Origin: Blastocystis sp. Blastoise
Taxonomy: Eukaryota; Protista; Bigyra: Opalinata
Direction of reading: 5' to 3'
NCBI GenBank assembly: GCA_039096225.1
Contig: JBBPEB010000014.1
Coordinates: 558,001-622,000 of the forward strand
Length of the DNA stretch: 64,000 nt
Positions 1-13,771 of the stretch are shown here, piece by piece. The stretch's first letter is position 1, and the number at the start of each line of letters is the position of its first letter. Position numbers and translations under genes: made by a program. The notes under the pieces are model-generated. The model did not search any database, was not told the origin of the DNA, and saw only the letters and a program-made list of their open reading frames with translations.

Positions 1-2148
1 GCGCTAGATGTAGAAGTAGATTTTGATGAAGGAGAAGTAATCATATTAAATGATCCATTAAGAGAATTATTAACAGTAATAAAACTATTTGGAATAATAG
101 AAAGACGAATAGGAAGTGTATTTCGTATACGATGATAATAATAATATAATGATTGTATATAAGATATAGTCATAAAATGTATACATAAGAAATGTATAAG
201 TCCTTCATCAGGTTTCTTAGTACAAGTAGGATCAAAAAATATAAAACTAATTTCTTTAATTAGATCTACTTCCATTTGTTTTTCTATATGTTCATCTTTA
301 ATATCAAATAAATCATGAGGTAAATCAGGATTTAATGAGAAATAACGATGCATACATATAGGTGATATTATATATTCTATATTCATAATCATATCATGAA
401 TAAAAGATGCATTCGATTCATTACATTGTTTAAATAATATAGGTAAATCTTTAGAAGAAAAACTTACCCAACCTGCTGAATTCATAGCATTATTAAAATC
501 ACGTAAAGATTCTTTTAATCGATTTAAATCTTCTTGATTATATAATTCTTCATAAGGAAGTATTTCAAAAGAATCATCAGTCATACTTACTTTCTTTATA
601 TCTTGATCATAATAAAATGATTTTAAGGATTTAAATACAGAAGTATTTTCTACTTCATTTATATTCATACTTGAAGTAGGTTCAGTCTTCTTTTTAGATA
701 TATTTATATATTCTTTCATAAATTTAGTTTGTGGTAAAGAGGCTAATTCTTGACTAGGTTCCATAGGTATAACAATTTCTTCATAATAATCTCCAGTATC
801 AGGAACATAAATCATTTCTCCTGTATCTGTTTGAACAAATCCTTGATCTTCATAATTCATATTTTCATTAGAAACAGGATATATCTTTTCATCAGCCATA
901 AAACTTGAATTATTTAATTCAGGAGGAATAGGAATAGAATTATCTATAGGATTTAAATTTGTATTTACTTGAAGAGATAATAACGAATTAGAATTAGTAT
1001 ATAGAGTAGGGTTTTGATTATTATAACGATCTTCAATAGGGGATACATCTATTCCTTGTGAATAATAATTATTATTAATAGAATCATCAGTATAATAAGA
1101 ATTAGGATTGGAAAGATCTTCTATATTATGAAGAGAAGTCTCTCCATGGCTATTATATGATTCTTGTTGATTAAAGAAGGAATCATTATTATAATCATAA
1201 TTTGAAAAATTATCAAACGCTGTAAAACTTCCATCATTATTATTCTTCATATTATTATAAGATATTTCATTTATATTTACTTCAGAATTCATAATAGAAT
1301 CTTGTTCTAGACTATTATCAAGATTTAATTCTTCAGGTATTTCAGAAGGTATTTCAGAATGTAATTCTTCAGATATTTGTTGAGTTATTTGTGATAGACT
1401 AGAATCAGAAATATAATCTGATTTATCTGATGTAGTAGTATTATTATATATTATATCTCTATGAATATCTGAAGAAACAAGAGGATGAGGCAAGCCATCT
1501 AAATTCATATCTATAGAATAATTTTCTTCTGTTTCTATAGATTCAGATATAGAACTATAATTATTATTTTGATTCTCTGAATGAACATATTCATTGAATT
1601 CTTCATATACGTCAGGACCTAATGCATAAAGATAAGCTTGTTGTTCTGATGGATCCATCATCATAATCTTCCTAATAAGTAATATAATAATAATATAATA
1701 TGTATATATATAGATATATATAGATATATACTTGAATGTTATCAGTCTCTGACGTCTATCTTTTAAAGCCTATAAATAGGAATATATATATATATATATT
1801 TATATTTATATTAATTGTAACTAATCTGTATTATATATTATATTATTATTAGTATCTCAGATAATAATATCTCCGATAATAATAATAAAACAAACAACAC
1901 CATAAATATATATATATATATAAATATAAATATATATATATATACCTTTTCTTGTTGATCATCTTCATCAAATCTGCTTAATACACTTGAGTTTAACTTG
2001 GTCATTCCTTCTTCTTCACTTAAACGCTTCGATTCTTCATCATTCAACGCATCCTGATGAATGATCTATATATATATATATATGAATAAAATACTATAAC
2101 ATTTATATAACATAAATATATAATAACAATATATATAATAATATAATT

Positions 2149-2187
<39 letters not shown>

Positions 2188-3171
2188 CATAAAGAAAAAT
2201 AAAATTAATAAAAATTAAAAAGAGTATATATATATATATACTCTAGTTTCTCCTGTTTTGACTATATTTGGAGGTTCATCTTCAGAGTAATCCGTTACTT
2301 TAACAGGGTTGAATCGAATGAATTTATTTCGAGGAATAGAAGGTCGTTGATATCCTGGAGTTAAGCATGGCTTAATATCTCTGAAATTTGGATTTTCATC
2401 ATTAGTAGTAGAAACATCTTTTGGTGAATACTCTGTAGATAAATTCACTTCATATATACCATCAGAATCAACTGTTATTGGAACCAAATCATCCTATATA
2501 TAATATATAATAGAAAAACAATATATATATAATAAAAAAAACAATATATATATTATAAAAAAGCAATACATATATTATAAAAAAACAATAAAATATAATA
2601 AAAAAACAATAAAATATAATAAAAAAACAATAAAATATAATTAGAAAACAATAAAATATAATAAAAAAAACAATAAAATATAATTAAAAAAACAATATAT
2701 ATATATACTTCATCTGTTGAAATACGGACACTTGCCTTATGACTACCAGAAAGTCTCTAAAATAAAAAATGCATTATTTAATATCATTCAAATAACATAC
2801 TCTATCATATATCTCATCTGAAAGTCTATCGGAATCCTAAATATATAAATATTACATGTATATATTTGTTTTTATAAACATAAAACAAAAATAGACAAAT
2901 TTCTTTTAAAAATAAAAAATACATAATATTCATTGATTTGATTTTGTTTGGTTTCTTCAGTTCTATCATGGATTGAATCTGAATTTAATGAACTTGAATA
3001 GGAAGAATTAGAATGTGACGAATTCACTTCGTTATGAATCGTCTTGTCCTTGTCATCAAATGATTGCTCAGAAGTATCTATATATATAAAATTAATCCAA
3101 TTAAAAACCATATAAAATAAGAAAACATTTTGTTTAATTCAAATCATACTACGAGGTAAATTATTTGACAT
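1..3171 (-). CDS. Hypothetical multi-exon protein, Ser/Asn/Glu-rich; 3' end runs off the window
   Basis: ATG at 3171-3169 (MSNNLPR) splices in frame into the exon TSEQSFDDKDK; several further short exons with GT/AG boundaries; a long exon from ~1671 appears open to the window edge. No recognisable domain. Confidence 0.7.
2513..2700. repeat. ~20-bp intronic tandem repeat (AAAAAACAATAAAATATAAT-like)
   Basis: About nine imperfect copies visible inside an intron. Confidence 0.75.
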
Positions 3172-4451
3172 GATATTAAATATTAATTTGTAAGTACAGA
3201 CAGATCGTGCAAATTACTAAAAACGTATCTTAAACAACCAAATATATCTCAAAAACCTAATTGATGCTCTTAGATAAAAGAAATGAAGCTACTTAATTCT
3301 ACCCGTGATTATTCTTTTCTATTCCCCACAAATAATTAAAATAATTCTGGGAAGTATTCCTCATACCACTATTTCTATAAACATTTTCGTTTTCTTATGT
3401 TCATTGTTTCCCAGAAAATTAAAAGTTCCTCAAAACAATTTCATATCAAAAGTCATTTGATTTGATTGACTATAGATCTTATTTGTTTGGTCTAAATATG
3501 CAAGCATTCATTTATATTTATTTCAAGTTGATGATACGTCTAGAATTGTTTTTACTTGTTGATTGAACTTCAAATTACTTTTTCTCTTATTAATACTTTT
3601 CTATGTTCGCTATATGTAAAATCAGTATATTCAACTTATATTTTTAGTACTATTGAGTATAATTCTATCAACAAAATTATTTTATTTTTGTGATTATTGT
3701 TATTTTTCTCAATTTACTTGTTATCAAGTGTTGTTATTAGTCACATAGCAACGCATTTATATCGTTCTATTCAAATTCATCATTGAATTGCCTATAATCT
3801 GAAAATATAGAATTCAAATTTTGGAATCTTTTTTTAAATCTATTTTTCTATCAATGGGTTCTTCGTAATTTTTTGATATCATATATAATATAAGATCTAT
3901 TGAATTAGTGTAGAATGAACTTAATCGCCGTCAACCTAGAGAAACAACAGAAGTTTTTGAATGGAGATCTTGCTTATGTTTTATATCGTTTTTATTCTCT
4001 ATATTAAGCATAACTTGAATATAAACATCATTCAAGTGGAACTAAAAGAATAGTGATCATTGATTCTATTTAATATATAACAATCATGAAATACTCATGT
4101 AACTCTCGAGACTTCTATTCGTAGATGTTCTTTAAAGTTTAATATTAACATGTTACATAAGGCCAAATAAAGCGATGAACAATTTTTTAGTTTTTTATTT
4201 ATTTAATAGTAACATATATACCTATTTTCAAAGAAACATATTTTGAATCTACTCAAAACAATAACACTAGTACATTCATTCTGAGAATTCTAAACACTTA
4301 ATTAAAAGCCAGAATCTATTTATCCAAAGAATCTATTTTTAAAAAAAGAGACAGTTTCATTAAAAAATTATTGTCCAAACAAAAAAACGGTGGTAAGAAA
4401 AAGAGAAAGAAATAGATTCTGTATGTACTTTATCTATTTAAAGTGATATTC

Positions 4452-5739
4452 ATGATGATTACAAGGTTGATAAGTGGTTCTTTAAGATATATTAGGTCAT
4501 GTGCTCGTGATTGTACTAAAACTATGACTAGATCTATGGCAAATGTTGGTGCTACATATAAATTGATGACTGTCGACAAACAAAAAGATGTCAAAACTCT
4601 TGTAGAAGAATATACTGCTCCATCACTTGCAGCTGGTCTTCGAGATCGTGAAGAAACACTTGCTTTCTGTGCAAAATTAGCTTGGCATAATAATTTCGAA
4701 GATTTAAAAGAAGTCCTCAAACCTTATTATTTAGCATACATGGATTATGATCATGATACGCATTTCAATATTCCTGACAAATTCTCAAGACCCTATTTGG
4801 AGAAAATTCGAATCAAACTGAATCGTTTACCTCGCAAAGTATATTCAACACTTTATTCTAATTTCTATTCATATAATTATTCATTATTATTTATTTATAT
4901 ACTGATTTTTATCAGTTATTTACATATTTTTGATAATGGCCACCTTTATTTGTTTATAATAATTAATATATATATATATATAGATCGCTCAACCCTCTTT
5001 AGGTCGTGCATCTGTATTAATTCCTTTATGTAATTATAATGGTCAAGCTGCTATATTATTTACAAAGCGTTCCGAACAGTTACGTCATTTCAAAGGTGAC
5101 GTATGTTTTCCAGGTGGTAAGATTGATGTAGAAGATGAGACGGTGAGTATTGCTGCATTACGTGAATTCAGAGAAGAATTAGGATGTAATGTAGATAATG
5201 TGAAGATCTTAGGTGTGATGCGTCTCGATTGGGCAGATGTTGCCTCTATTGCAGGAGTACCAGTAACACCTATAGTGGGCTACTTAGGAGAATATGATCA
5301 TATTAATTTTTCTCCTAATCCTGCAGAAGTCTCTGAAGTCTTTGCAGTTCCTCTTGAAAAACTTGTGGATGATAATTATTGGAGATATCAAGAATTTGCT
5401 GCTCCTACTTTTCATGATGATAAACACAAAATATGGGGGTTAACAGGGTATGTAATAAAATAACTGTTTTTTTTTTTGTCTCTTTTTTATTGATTTCACT
5501 TTTTTTTTGTCTTTTTAGTTTTTATTCATATGTCTTTTTTGTTTTTATTCATATGTCTTTTTTCTTTATTCTTTTTTTTCTATTCTTTTTTATTTTTATA
5601 TTATTCTAATATATATAGATATTTAACGGAATGTTTCATTACACAAATTATTAAAATGATCGATTTAAAATGTCCTGTGGATTGTATTCGTGAAGATACA
5701 ACGAAGACTGCTCCTGGCAATAAAACATCAAAAGAATAG
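4452..5739 (+). CDS. Nudix hydrolase, CoA-diphosphatase (NUDT7/NUDT8/PCD1)-like, 3 exons
   Basis: Exons ~4452-4839, 4984-5448, 5619-5739. Exon 2 encodes ILFTKRSEQLRHFKGDVCFPGG (CoA-ase motif), the Nudix box GGKIDVEDETVSIAALREFREELG and IWGLTG. Confidence 0.9.
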
Positions 5740-6046
5740 ATTATATATATATATATATTTCTTTCTTTTCTTTTTGGTCTATTTTTTTCTTCTTTTACTT
5801 AATTTTGTGATGTGTTATTATATACCTTTTTTCTCTTTTCTTTTTTTTAGTATTTATATCCTATATAACATTTTTATCTATAACCAGTTCAATAATCAAC
5901 TTTCTTGTTACTTATTTTGTTTTCCATCTTATTCACTATACTCTCTATATCTTTTAATAACATTATAGAAGAATAAAAGGTACAAAACTCATTTAAATTT
6001 ATAACTTAAATAATAATAGTATATTCTTTTCTGATAGATCCATTCT

Positions 6047-6433
6047 TTAGGATTCCTTTACAGCAAGAACATATGCAATGCAATAATCTTGATCATGAGA
6101 TATACTTATTTGAATATTTGAAAGATGTAATGGATCTATGATGAGTTTTGTTTTTCCAGTAAAGGAGACAGATGGAATTCCAGAGAATGCATTGGTTACT
6201 TTGTGTTTAATAATGATTTCATTGAAATTCAAGCCATTGCAACCCACTGCCTTGTAAATAGCTTCTTTTGAGCACCATCTTGATGCTAAAAAACTAACTG
6301 GATCACGATGAGCGTAATAAATTGTTTGTTCTTCAACATTTAAAACTCGCTTTACAAAGCGATCTCCATGTCTTTCCAATATCTTAGATATTCTTGGAAT
6401 ATAAAGAATATCTGTTCCTATACCCCATATCAT
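6047..6433 (-). CDS. acpS: Holo-[acyl-carrier-protein] synthase (AcpS-type 4'-phosphopantetheinyl transferase)
   Basis: 128 aa, intronless; motifs GIGTDI, FLASRWCSKEAIYKA and ISISHDQDYCIAYV. Confidence 0.93.
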   Translation of the reverse strand: MIWGIGTDILYIPRISKILERHGDRFVKRVLNVEEQTIYYAHRDPVSFLASRWCSKEAIYKAVGCNGLNFNEIIIKHKVTNAFSGIPSVSFTGKTKLIIDPLHLSNIQISISHDQDYCIAYVLAVKES

Positions 6434-6443
6434 GAATGAAATA

Positions 6444-6597
6444 AAGTACCTGTACCAGAGTGACCTCCTGTACCAAAGTGACCCGTTTTTGTTTTGTTTC
6501 CATATTTACGGGAAAAAATATTTTTTCACTGTATTTAATAAAGATAAACATGTAAATAACATTTTTTCAATAAAAATAGTCTTTTTTCTGTTTAAAA
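6444..6597. repeat. Left TIR of the pogo-like element
   Basis: Reverse complement of 25751-25904 (mismatch at 6581); contains two direct copies of CCTGTACCA(G/A)AGTGACC at 6449-6465 and 6467-6483. Confidence 0.95.
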
Positions 6598-6711
6598 CAA
6601 AACAAGAAATTTTTTTTGACATAAATTAATAACAATTATAAAAAAATAAGTATATATATGATATATTATATAAAAAAAAAATAAAAAATATATATATAGA
6701 AAGGAATATCT

Positions 6712-8116
6712 TTATTCATTAACTATTATTTCATCTTCTGAAACAGTATTATCAAGTTTATCACTAAATTCATCCTCCATCATTTCTCTATTGATATTAG
6801 TTAAGATTTTATTTGACACTTTAGATGATTTTCTAGTTACTTTACTACGGGGACGATCATCAAAATCCTTGATAAACTCATTCTCATCATCAATAAGAAG
6901 TCTCGAAGCTTGCCATGCACTTAAAATATTTCTTCTTGTAAAAGCTTCACTAAAAGCATCCTCAGATGCTGCTAATAACGAATATCTATTTGTTGTTTTA
7001 TAATATCTTCTAAATTTTGATTTATATACATTGTATATAACTAAATCAAGCGGTTGAAAGACACTAGTAGTATTTTTTGGAAGTACAATTACATCAATAC
7101 GGTTATTCTCACATAAACTAAGAAAATCAGTATCATTACGTGTTGTATGAGCATCAAGAATAAGTAGACAATAATCATTAGTACTATCAAGATTCATATC
7201 TTTTCTCTTTTTATTAACATATGGAAGAAAAACATCTTGAATCCATGAGTATAACACATGTGCATTTATCCATCCAGACTTAGCAGACCATACTTTTATA
7301 TAGGACAGATTTTGCTTATCTATTTCTTTAATATTATAAGTATCTCGATCAACAACATAAGAGGAAGGAACTGCAGTACCATCAGCACAAATACAACCAA
7401 TTAGTGTTGTATGAGTAACACTATTACCTTGTTTTGTTATTGGTAAATGATCATTATCAACTGCAACAGTAACTCTTGATCTTTTATCACCAGGAGTAAC
7501 CCATGACTCATCCATGTTGAATATAAGAGAAGTTTCGATTTTTCTTTTATTTATTACATAATGAATATTCCTATACAGTATCTTTGCATCTTTCTTTGTT
7601 GGTCTAGCTTTTTCTTCATAATTTGTTAGTGGTCTTTTCAATAGAATATTATTCTTTTTAAGCAGCTTCCTTACATACCCTTCTGATACAGTAATCATAC
7701 AGCCAATACCGTTTCGACACCTTTCAATTGATCTCTTACGTATTTCTTCAGCTATTTCATTCTTCGAAGGACAGTTATTCACATTAATTTGTGACTTAAT
7801 CCATTCTATTATTTCTACTTCTTCATTTTCATTAAGAACATGTTGATTACAACGATTATTAAGTGATACATCTTCATTCAGTTTCTTTTCAGAACGTTTT
7901 ATTGTAGACGGAGACACTTTAGTGATAGCACTAATACTAGATAAGGATAATTTCTTCATACCATTCTTTCCATTAAACACTTTTCTTATAGCACAGGACT
8001 TCTTTCTAGGACTTCTTTCTTTCTCAACTTCAGGATGATTCAGAACTTGATTTAGGGTTAAATTAGAATCAAGAATATCAAGATCAGGAAGGGGAATACT
8101 AGTAGTATTATCATTT
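6712..8116 (-). pseudogene. pogo/DDE_1-type transposase, main body, separated from its start codon by the nested insertion
   Basis: HTH-like N-terminal region; catalytic motifs FNMDESW, LILDAHTTR and FQPLD with 35 residues between the last two aspartates (DD35D). The frame stays open upstream of the ORF-track start (7980) as far as the insertion junction. Confidence 0.92.
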
Positions 8117-8123
8117 GGAAAAA

Positions 8124-8198
8124 TGTTAGAAATACCCAGATTTCCCTATTGATTTGTATACATACCCAATTTTTTGTATGATTTGGTAGAAATACCCA
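8124..8198 (+). repeat. Left subterminal array: 3 copies of TG(T/G)TAGAAATACCCA-like motif, 30-bp period
   Basis: ATACCCA cores at 8132, 8162 and 8192. Confidence 0.9.
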
Positions 8199-9420
8199 AA
8201 AGTATCTGTTAACATTTTGATTTCATTGTCCAATCGTATTAATTTATATAATAACCGTGTTTATTAGATGTATTTATAGAATTTAAATTAATAAAAAATT
8301 AAAAGAATAATTCATATTATGACGTTAGGATTTGACAATTTGATCCAATCAATCGATTTTTAAGTTTCTATTAGAAGTTCGTTTATTGTACTATATAATT
8401 CTAAGAATTTGCTTTTTGGCAATTTTATCTATTTTTATTTATTTATATTCATTCCTTATTTTAATCAATATATACATTTATTTTGTTAAATAACTTTTAT
8501 TTATACTATTAATTCAATAGAATAACAATATAGACAAGGATCATAACATAATTGTCTGTAATTGTTTTAAAAATTAAGATTAGCAGACGTATAAGCCATG
8601 AACAGCTATGAAATAAACCTGATTAAAAAAGATAACATAGAATTACGTTATATAACATACTTTTAATTTACTGACAAATTAATTTACTCAATGAATACTT
8701 TATATAAGATCTATGTATTTATAGTATATGAGTTTATAAATATTATAAAGATGTTTTTAGAAAATAGAACTTATTTTTTGATAATTAACAGATTTGTTGA
8801 TTCTTTATATTTTCATATATACTATTACAATGTCATAGTTACATTGTTTAAAGACAAACATATAAATATTAATCTCAAATAACTGTTTTAAGAGTATGAA
8901 CTGTGAATTGATTAAGAAAAGTATTTAATAGATGACGAGATTCAAGTTAACAAGTTTTGTTTGGTATATGATATTAGTTTCTCGATACTATATCAAAAGG
9001 ACAGATAGTTTTATAATGGATCAAGTAAATGTCGAAATGGAAAATGTTGTTTAAAAATCATGAATGTGTATGTGTTGTGTTTGGTTGCTTATGTTGAGCA
9101 TACTGACCAGAATTCAGTTTAAAATAATAAACTACAGTTGTTAAAGTATTAATGATTGCTAAATAGACTCTGTATTTGAGTATATTTTGAAAATAAAAAA
9201 TGAATCTAAGTTTTAAAACTGCATTTAACTCAATTCTAACATATTTTGAATAAGATACACTGTTGAGAATAAAACAGATTACAACTCATCTCAGAAACTA
9301 TGAAGTTTTGAAGGATGAAGAGCTATAAATAATTTAATAAATGCATTCATAAGTGTAAAAAGAACATATAATTAAAATGTTTATTAAATAAAATATCAAT
9401 ATATATATATATATAAGGAA

Positions 9421-9489
9421 TGACTTATGTCAGGAGTTGAACCTGATTGCTATCTAGTTATGATAGCCTCTCACCTTATAGAGCATAAG
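9421..9489 (-). ncRNA. tRNA-like cloverleaf 1 (non-canonical; expression unknown)
   Basis: Minus strand folds as CTTATG / CTCT-ataaggtg-AGAG / GCTATC-ataacta-GATAGC / aa / TCAGG-ttcaact-CCTGA / CATAAG-tca; T-arm matches box B (GGTTCRANTCC). Confidence 0.7.
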
Positions 9490-9531
9490 AGTAATAATAA
9501 TAATGATAATAATATTAAAATACATAATATC

Positions 9532-9567
<36 letters not shown>

Positions 9568-9749
9568 TTATAAATAAATAAAAAAAAATTAAAATATATA
9601 TAAAAAAAAACATAAATAAGTAGTATATAAATTAATGAAATAATTAGTATAAATAAGAAATAAAAATGGGAAAATCTTTTTATTAATAAAAATAAATATT
9701 ATATTAATAAGTATAACAGATAGAAATAATTAAAATATGAAGAGAAGTA

Positions 9750-11990
9750 TGTATATATATATATATATATATATAGATATAAAAGATAATGAAAAATAAG
9801 AATTGAATATAGAAAAAAATTGAAGACAAGAATAAGGAGAATAAGGGAAAATAAATAAAGAAGAAGAAAAATATTAATTAAATGAGAAGAAGAAGGAATT
9901 GATTAGAAGGATAAAGAGCGAAAAGAATTTATATGTATAAAGAAGAATTAGAGGAAGAGGAAGTACATATAGATAATAAGATAAGAAGATAAAAAAAAAA
10001 AGAAAGATGGAGACTAGAAAGTCAAGTATAAGAGATAAAGAAGAAAGAATGTAGAGAAGAGTTAGAAGAACTATAAAGGAAAATCTATTAGAAAAGAAAT
10101 AAAAATATGAGGAGAATACACATAAGAAGAACAAGTGAAGATGTAGGAAAAGCAAATAAGACTATAATGTATATGGAAAAGATAATGAAAGTGAAAAACA
10201 TTAAAAATAAATGATATTCTGTATAATAAATATTGAAAATAATGAGATATAGAAAAATAGATGAAATGGAATGAAATGAGAATAATATAAAGAGGAAAGA
10301 ATTATAAGATATAAAAAGAAGATGCTGAAGAAGAAGGAAAGGAATGATATACAGAAGATATAGAAAGATAAGAAGCGAAAGATATAGAAAAAGTGGAAAA
10401 ATGATATGTAGAATAAGAAGAAGAAGAAGAAGGAGATAGAGAAGCGAAAGAAGGAGATGAAGGATAAATAGAAGAAGAAGAAGAAGGAGGAGGAGGAAGA
10501 GAAGGAGGAAATGAATAGAAGGAGGATAAGAAGAAGAAGAAGAAGAAGAAAGATTAATAGAATAAGGAGAGAAAGATGAATAGAAGAAGAAAGATGAATA
10601 GAAGAAGAAGAAAGATAATTAGAAGAAGAAGAAAGATAAATTAAAGAAGAAGAAAGATAAATAGAAGAAGAAGGAGGAGAAGAAGAAGGAGGAGAAAGAT
10701 GAATAGAAGAAGGAGAAGGAGAAGGATGAAATGAAGAAAAGGAGGAGAAGAAAGATGAATAGAAAAAAGAAGTAGAATGAGATAGAGAGAGAAAGAGACA
10801 GAGAAGAAGAAGGATATATGAAGAGAAGACAACTGAAAAGGAGAATAAGTAAAAGAAAGAAAAGAAGAATATATCGAAGAAGAAGAAGAAGAAAGAGAAG
10901 AATAAAGAATAACAAAAACAAGTAGAAGAAGAAGAAGAAAATAAAGAAGAATAAGGAGAATAATAATATAAAGACGAAGAAGAAAGATTAATGAAGATAT
11001 AAAAAAAGAAGGAGAAATACAAAAAAAGAAGAAGTACCACAGAAGAATATGTTGGAAAATAATGATAAATAGAAGATATACAAGATATAGAAGAAGAAGA
11101 AGATGCCGATAATATTGAAGAAAGAAATATAGACGAGGATAAAGAAGAATAAAGAGAATATGAATATATAGAAGAAAAAAAGTGAATAAGAATATATAGA
11201 AGAAGAATGATAAATAGAAGATATAGATGAAGAATAAAGAGATAAAGGAGGTACTGAAGATATAGGAGGAGAATAATATGGAGAAAATGTAGAATAAGAA
11301 TAATGATAAATAGAAGAGGAAATGTAGATGAAGGAGATAGAAAGAAAAAATATATACAGAGAAGAATGTATAGAAAGAGAAGAAGAAGAGAAGAAGAAAA
11401 ATAAGATTAAATAGAAGAAGAAGAAACAGAAAGAGATAGAGAGAAGGTGATTCAGAATTAAAATAAATAGAAGAAGGATAAATAGATGAAGAAGAACGAA
11501 AAAGGAATGAACAAGGAGACAAAAAATAAGGATATATAGAAGAAGAAGGAAAATAGAAACAATGTGTAGATGAATAATTAAAATGAATAAGAAATAAAGA
11601 AAGTATAATTGGAAGAAGAGGAGAAAAAGAAGTAATAATATAAGAAGGAAATGGAGAAGAAGAATAGGAAAAGGAAGAGTTGAAGGAAATGAAAAAGAAG
11701 AAGATCATGATAAAGAGAAGGAAATGAAGAGAGTAGGTAATGATAGGAGAAGAAGAACCAGTAATAATTAATGGAGGAAAGAAGAAAGTGAAGGAAAAAC
11801 TAGAATATAGAATAGAAGAACATGAAATAAAACATACTATAAAGTTATATTGAGAAAAACAATAACTGTTTTATGTAACATAAGAGTATAAGAATATAAA
11901 ATGAGTAGAAACTAGAAGAGTAGATGAATGGAAGAGAGAAGAGGAGAACAAGGCCAATTCAGGACAAGAGGAGAAAATAAGAATGAAGAA
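9750..11990 (+). repeat. GAA/AGA-rich low-complexity purine tract
   Basis: Degenerate (GAA)n and AGAT runs, with frequent stops in all plus frames. Confidence 0.85.
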
Positions 11991-12013
11991 AAACAAATAT
12001 ATATAGAAATATG

Positions 12014-12081
<68 letters not shown>

Positions 12082-13771
12082 AATAAAAAAGAGAAAAATA
12101 AAAATAAAATGAAATAATTTAAACTATAAGTCAATAAATATATAGAAGAAAGTAAATAATAAGTATATATAAAAATAATATTCAATAATTAAGAAATTTA
12201 TATAATATAACCAAAATATAAGAAGTTAATAATATATATATACTATACAAAAAAGAAACCAAGCAGTTATTGACCAGAAAAGCAAGAACTATATTTAAAA
12301 ACATTATAATAATAGATATGAACGTATATATAATAATATAATTATAATTATAAAGAAAATAAATAGAGAAAATATATACATCTACAATCTGAGTATAAAT
12401 CAAGCAAATCTATAACAACGATGACATTTGAGTTATGAAAGTTGTTTATTAAGCCAAGATATTTGTGCTACTTTGTGACTTAAGACCAATTTGTTGAGAC
12501 AATTAACAATTTTATTTTCTGGAAGCTTTAAAACCGATACAATTAACACAATCAATCCATTGTGACTCACTGAGAAAGCCTAAAGAAATAGTTTTGTATG
12601 GTGACGTCAGATCATCCCATTTAAACCACGACACAATAGCTTACCATCTAGCTCAACCACTTTACACCACTCAGACAAGCTCACCATAGAGAAAGAGAAC
12701 ATAGCACAACAGATCAATCTGCCAATGGAGACTGGAAGGTACTCTACTATACTCCTAGGGCCTATATATAGATAAATATATACTTAAAACATACAAAAAC
12801 GAAATTAATCATATTTTTTATATGATTATTGAAACTTCACTATAAATTAACTTATTAAATTTTATTGAAATCTTAATATTTCTACTTTTTATTATTTATT
12901 ATTTAATTTAAATACTTTAAACCGTTATTCTTACTCATGATGTCTTCTTGTTGTTGATGGAGTATGTATTTATGTAAATAAAATTAGTTAATTGATTAAT
13001 TATTTATAGAGTGTTACATAAAATGAAATTAATGGTTATGGTCATGAGGAAATCACTAGACTTGATGAAGACAACAAAAATTAGTCGATTATGTGATAGT
13101 CACTAGATTGCCTAAATGTGTAGAACTGTCAGAAAAGGTGAGTTTGTGTGTGTTTGAATTTAAATTCAACATTAGTTTGAATACGTATTTCACTAATTAA
13201 TTCAATTTTAGAGAAGTTACAAACACAATTGGTTTTTCTAGTTGATATATTGAGTTAGAATGTCGTTATTTTAATTTTCTATTAGTAATTTGAATTTAAT
13301 TATGACCTATATAAACTAAAGTTAATTATAATAGTTTTCTAGGTAATGTAGATTTGTCAAGGTTCTTTAAAAGTCTCAAGAGTGGTTTATAAATGTTACA
13401 AATGACTTTTAGTGTCAATCATGTTAATATAAACAGTAGAAATGCTTTTTAAGAGTATAGACAAAGAATGCATTGCGTGTTTATAGACTTCAAGGTGTTA
13501 TTGATGAATATTTATTTTTTATTTGTGTGTAGAATTGATCAATAGGATATATAGCAAATCAAAATAATGAATATGGTATTCTAAGTGAATGTAATTGTGA
13601 ATGTGTTGTGTGTTGAATATAGTAAACTAAAAACATTATAAAAAAGCGACTAGTAATGTATAGAGTTTATTTAATTACATGAAACTCAATATACCCTTTC
13701 ATACTGGTTCTAATGAATGAGAATATCTATAGAGAAAAATATTTATATTTTTTTATAAAAAATATAATATA

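Noticed and set aside
6432-6629. 65-aa plus-strand ORF with LYQSD repeat
   Set aside because: It is the translation of the left TIR and its two internal direct repeats.
9874-11708. F/L/S-rich minus-strand ORFs (279 and 355 aa)
   Set aside because: Same compositional artefact, on the strand opposite the GAA tract.
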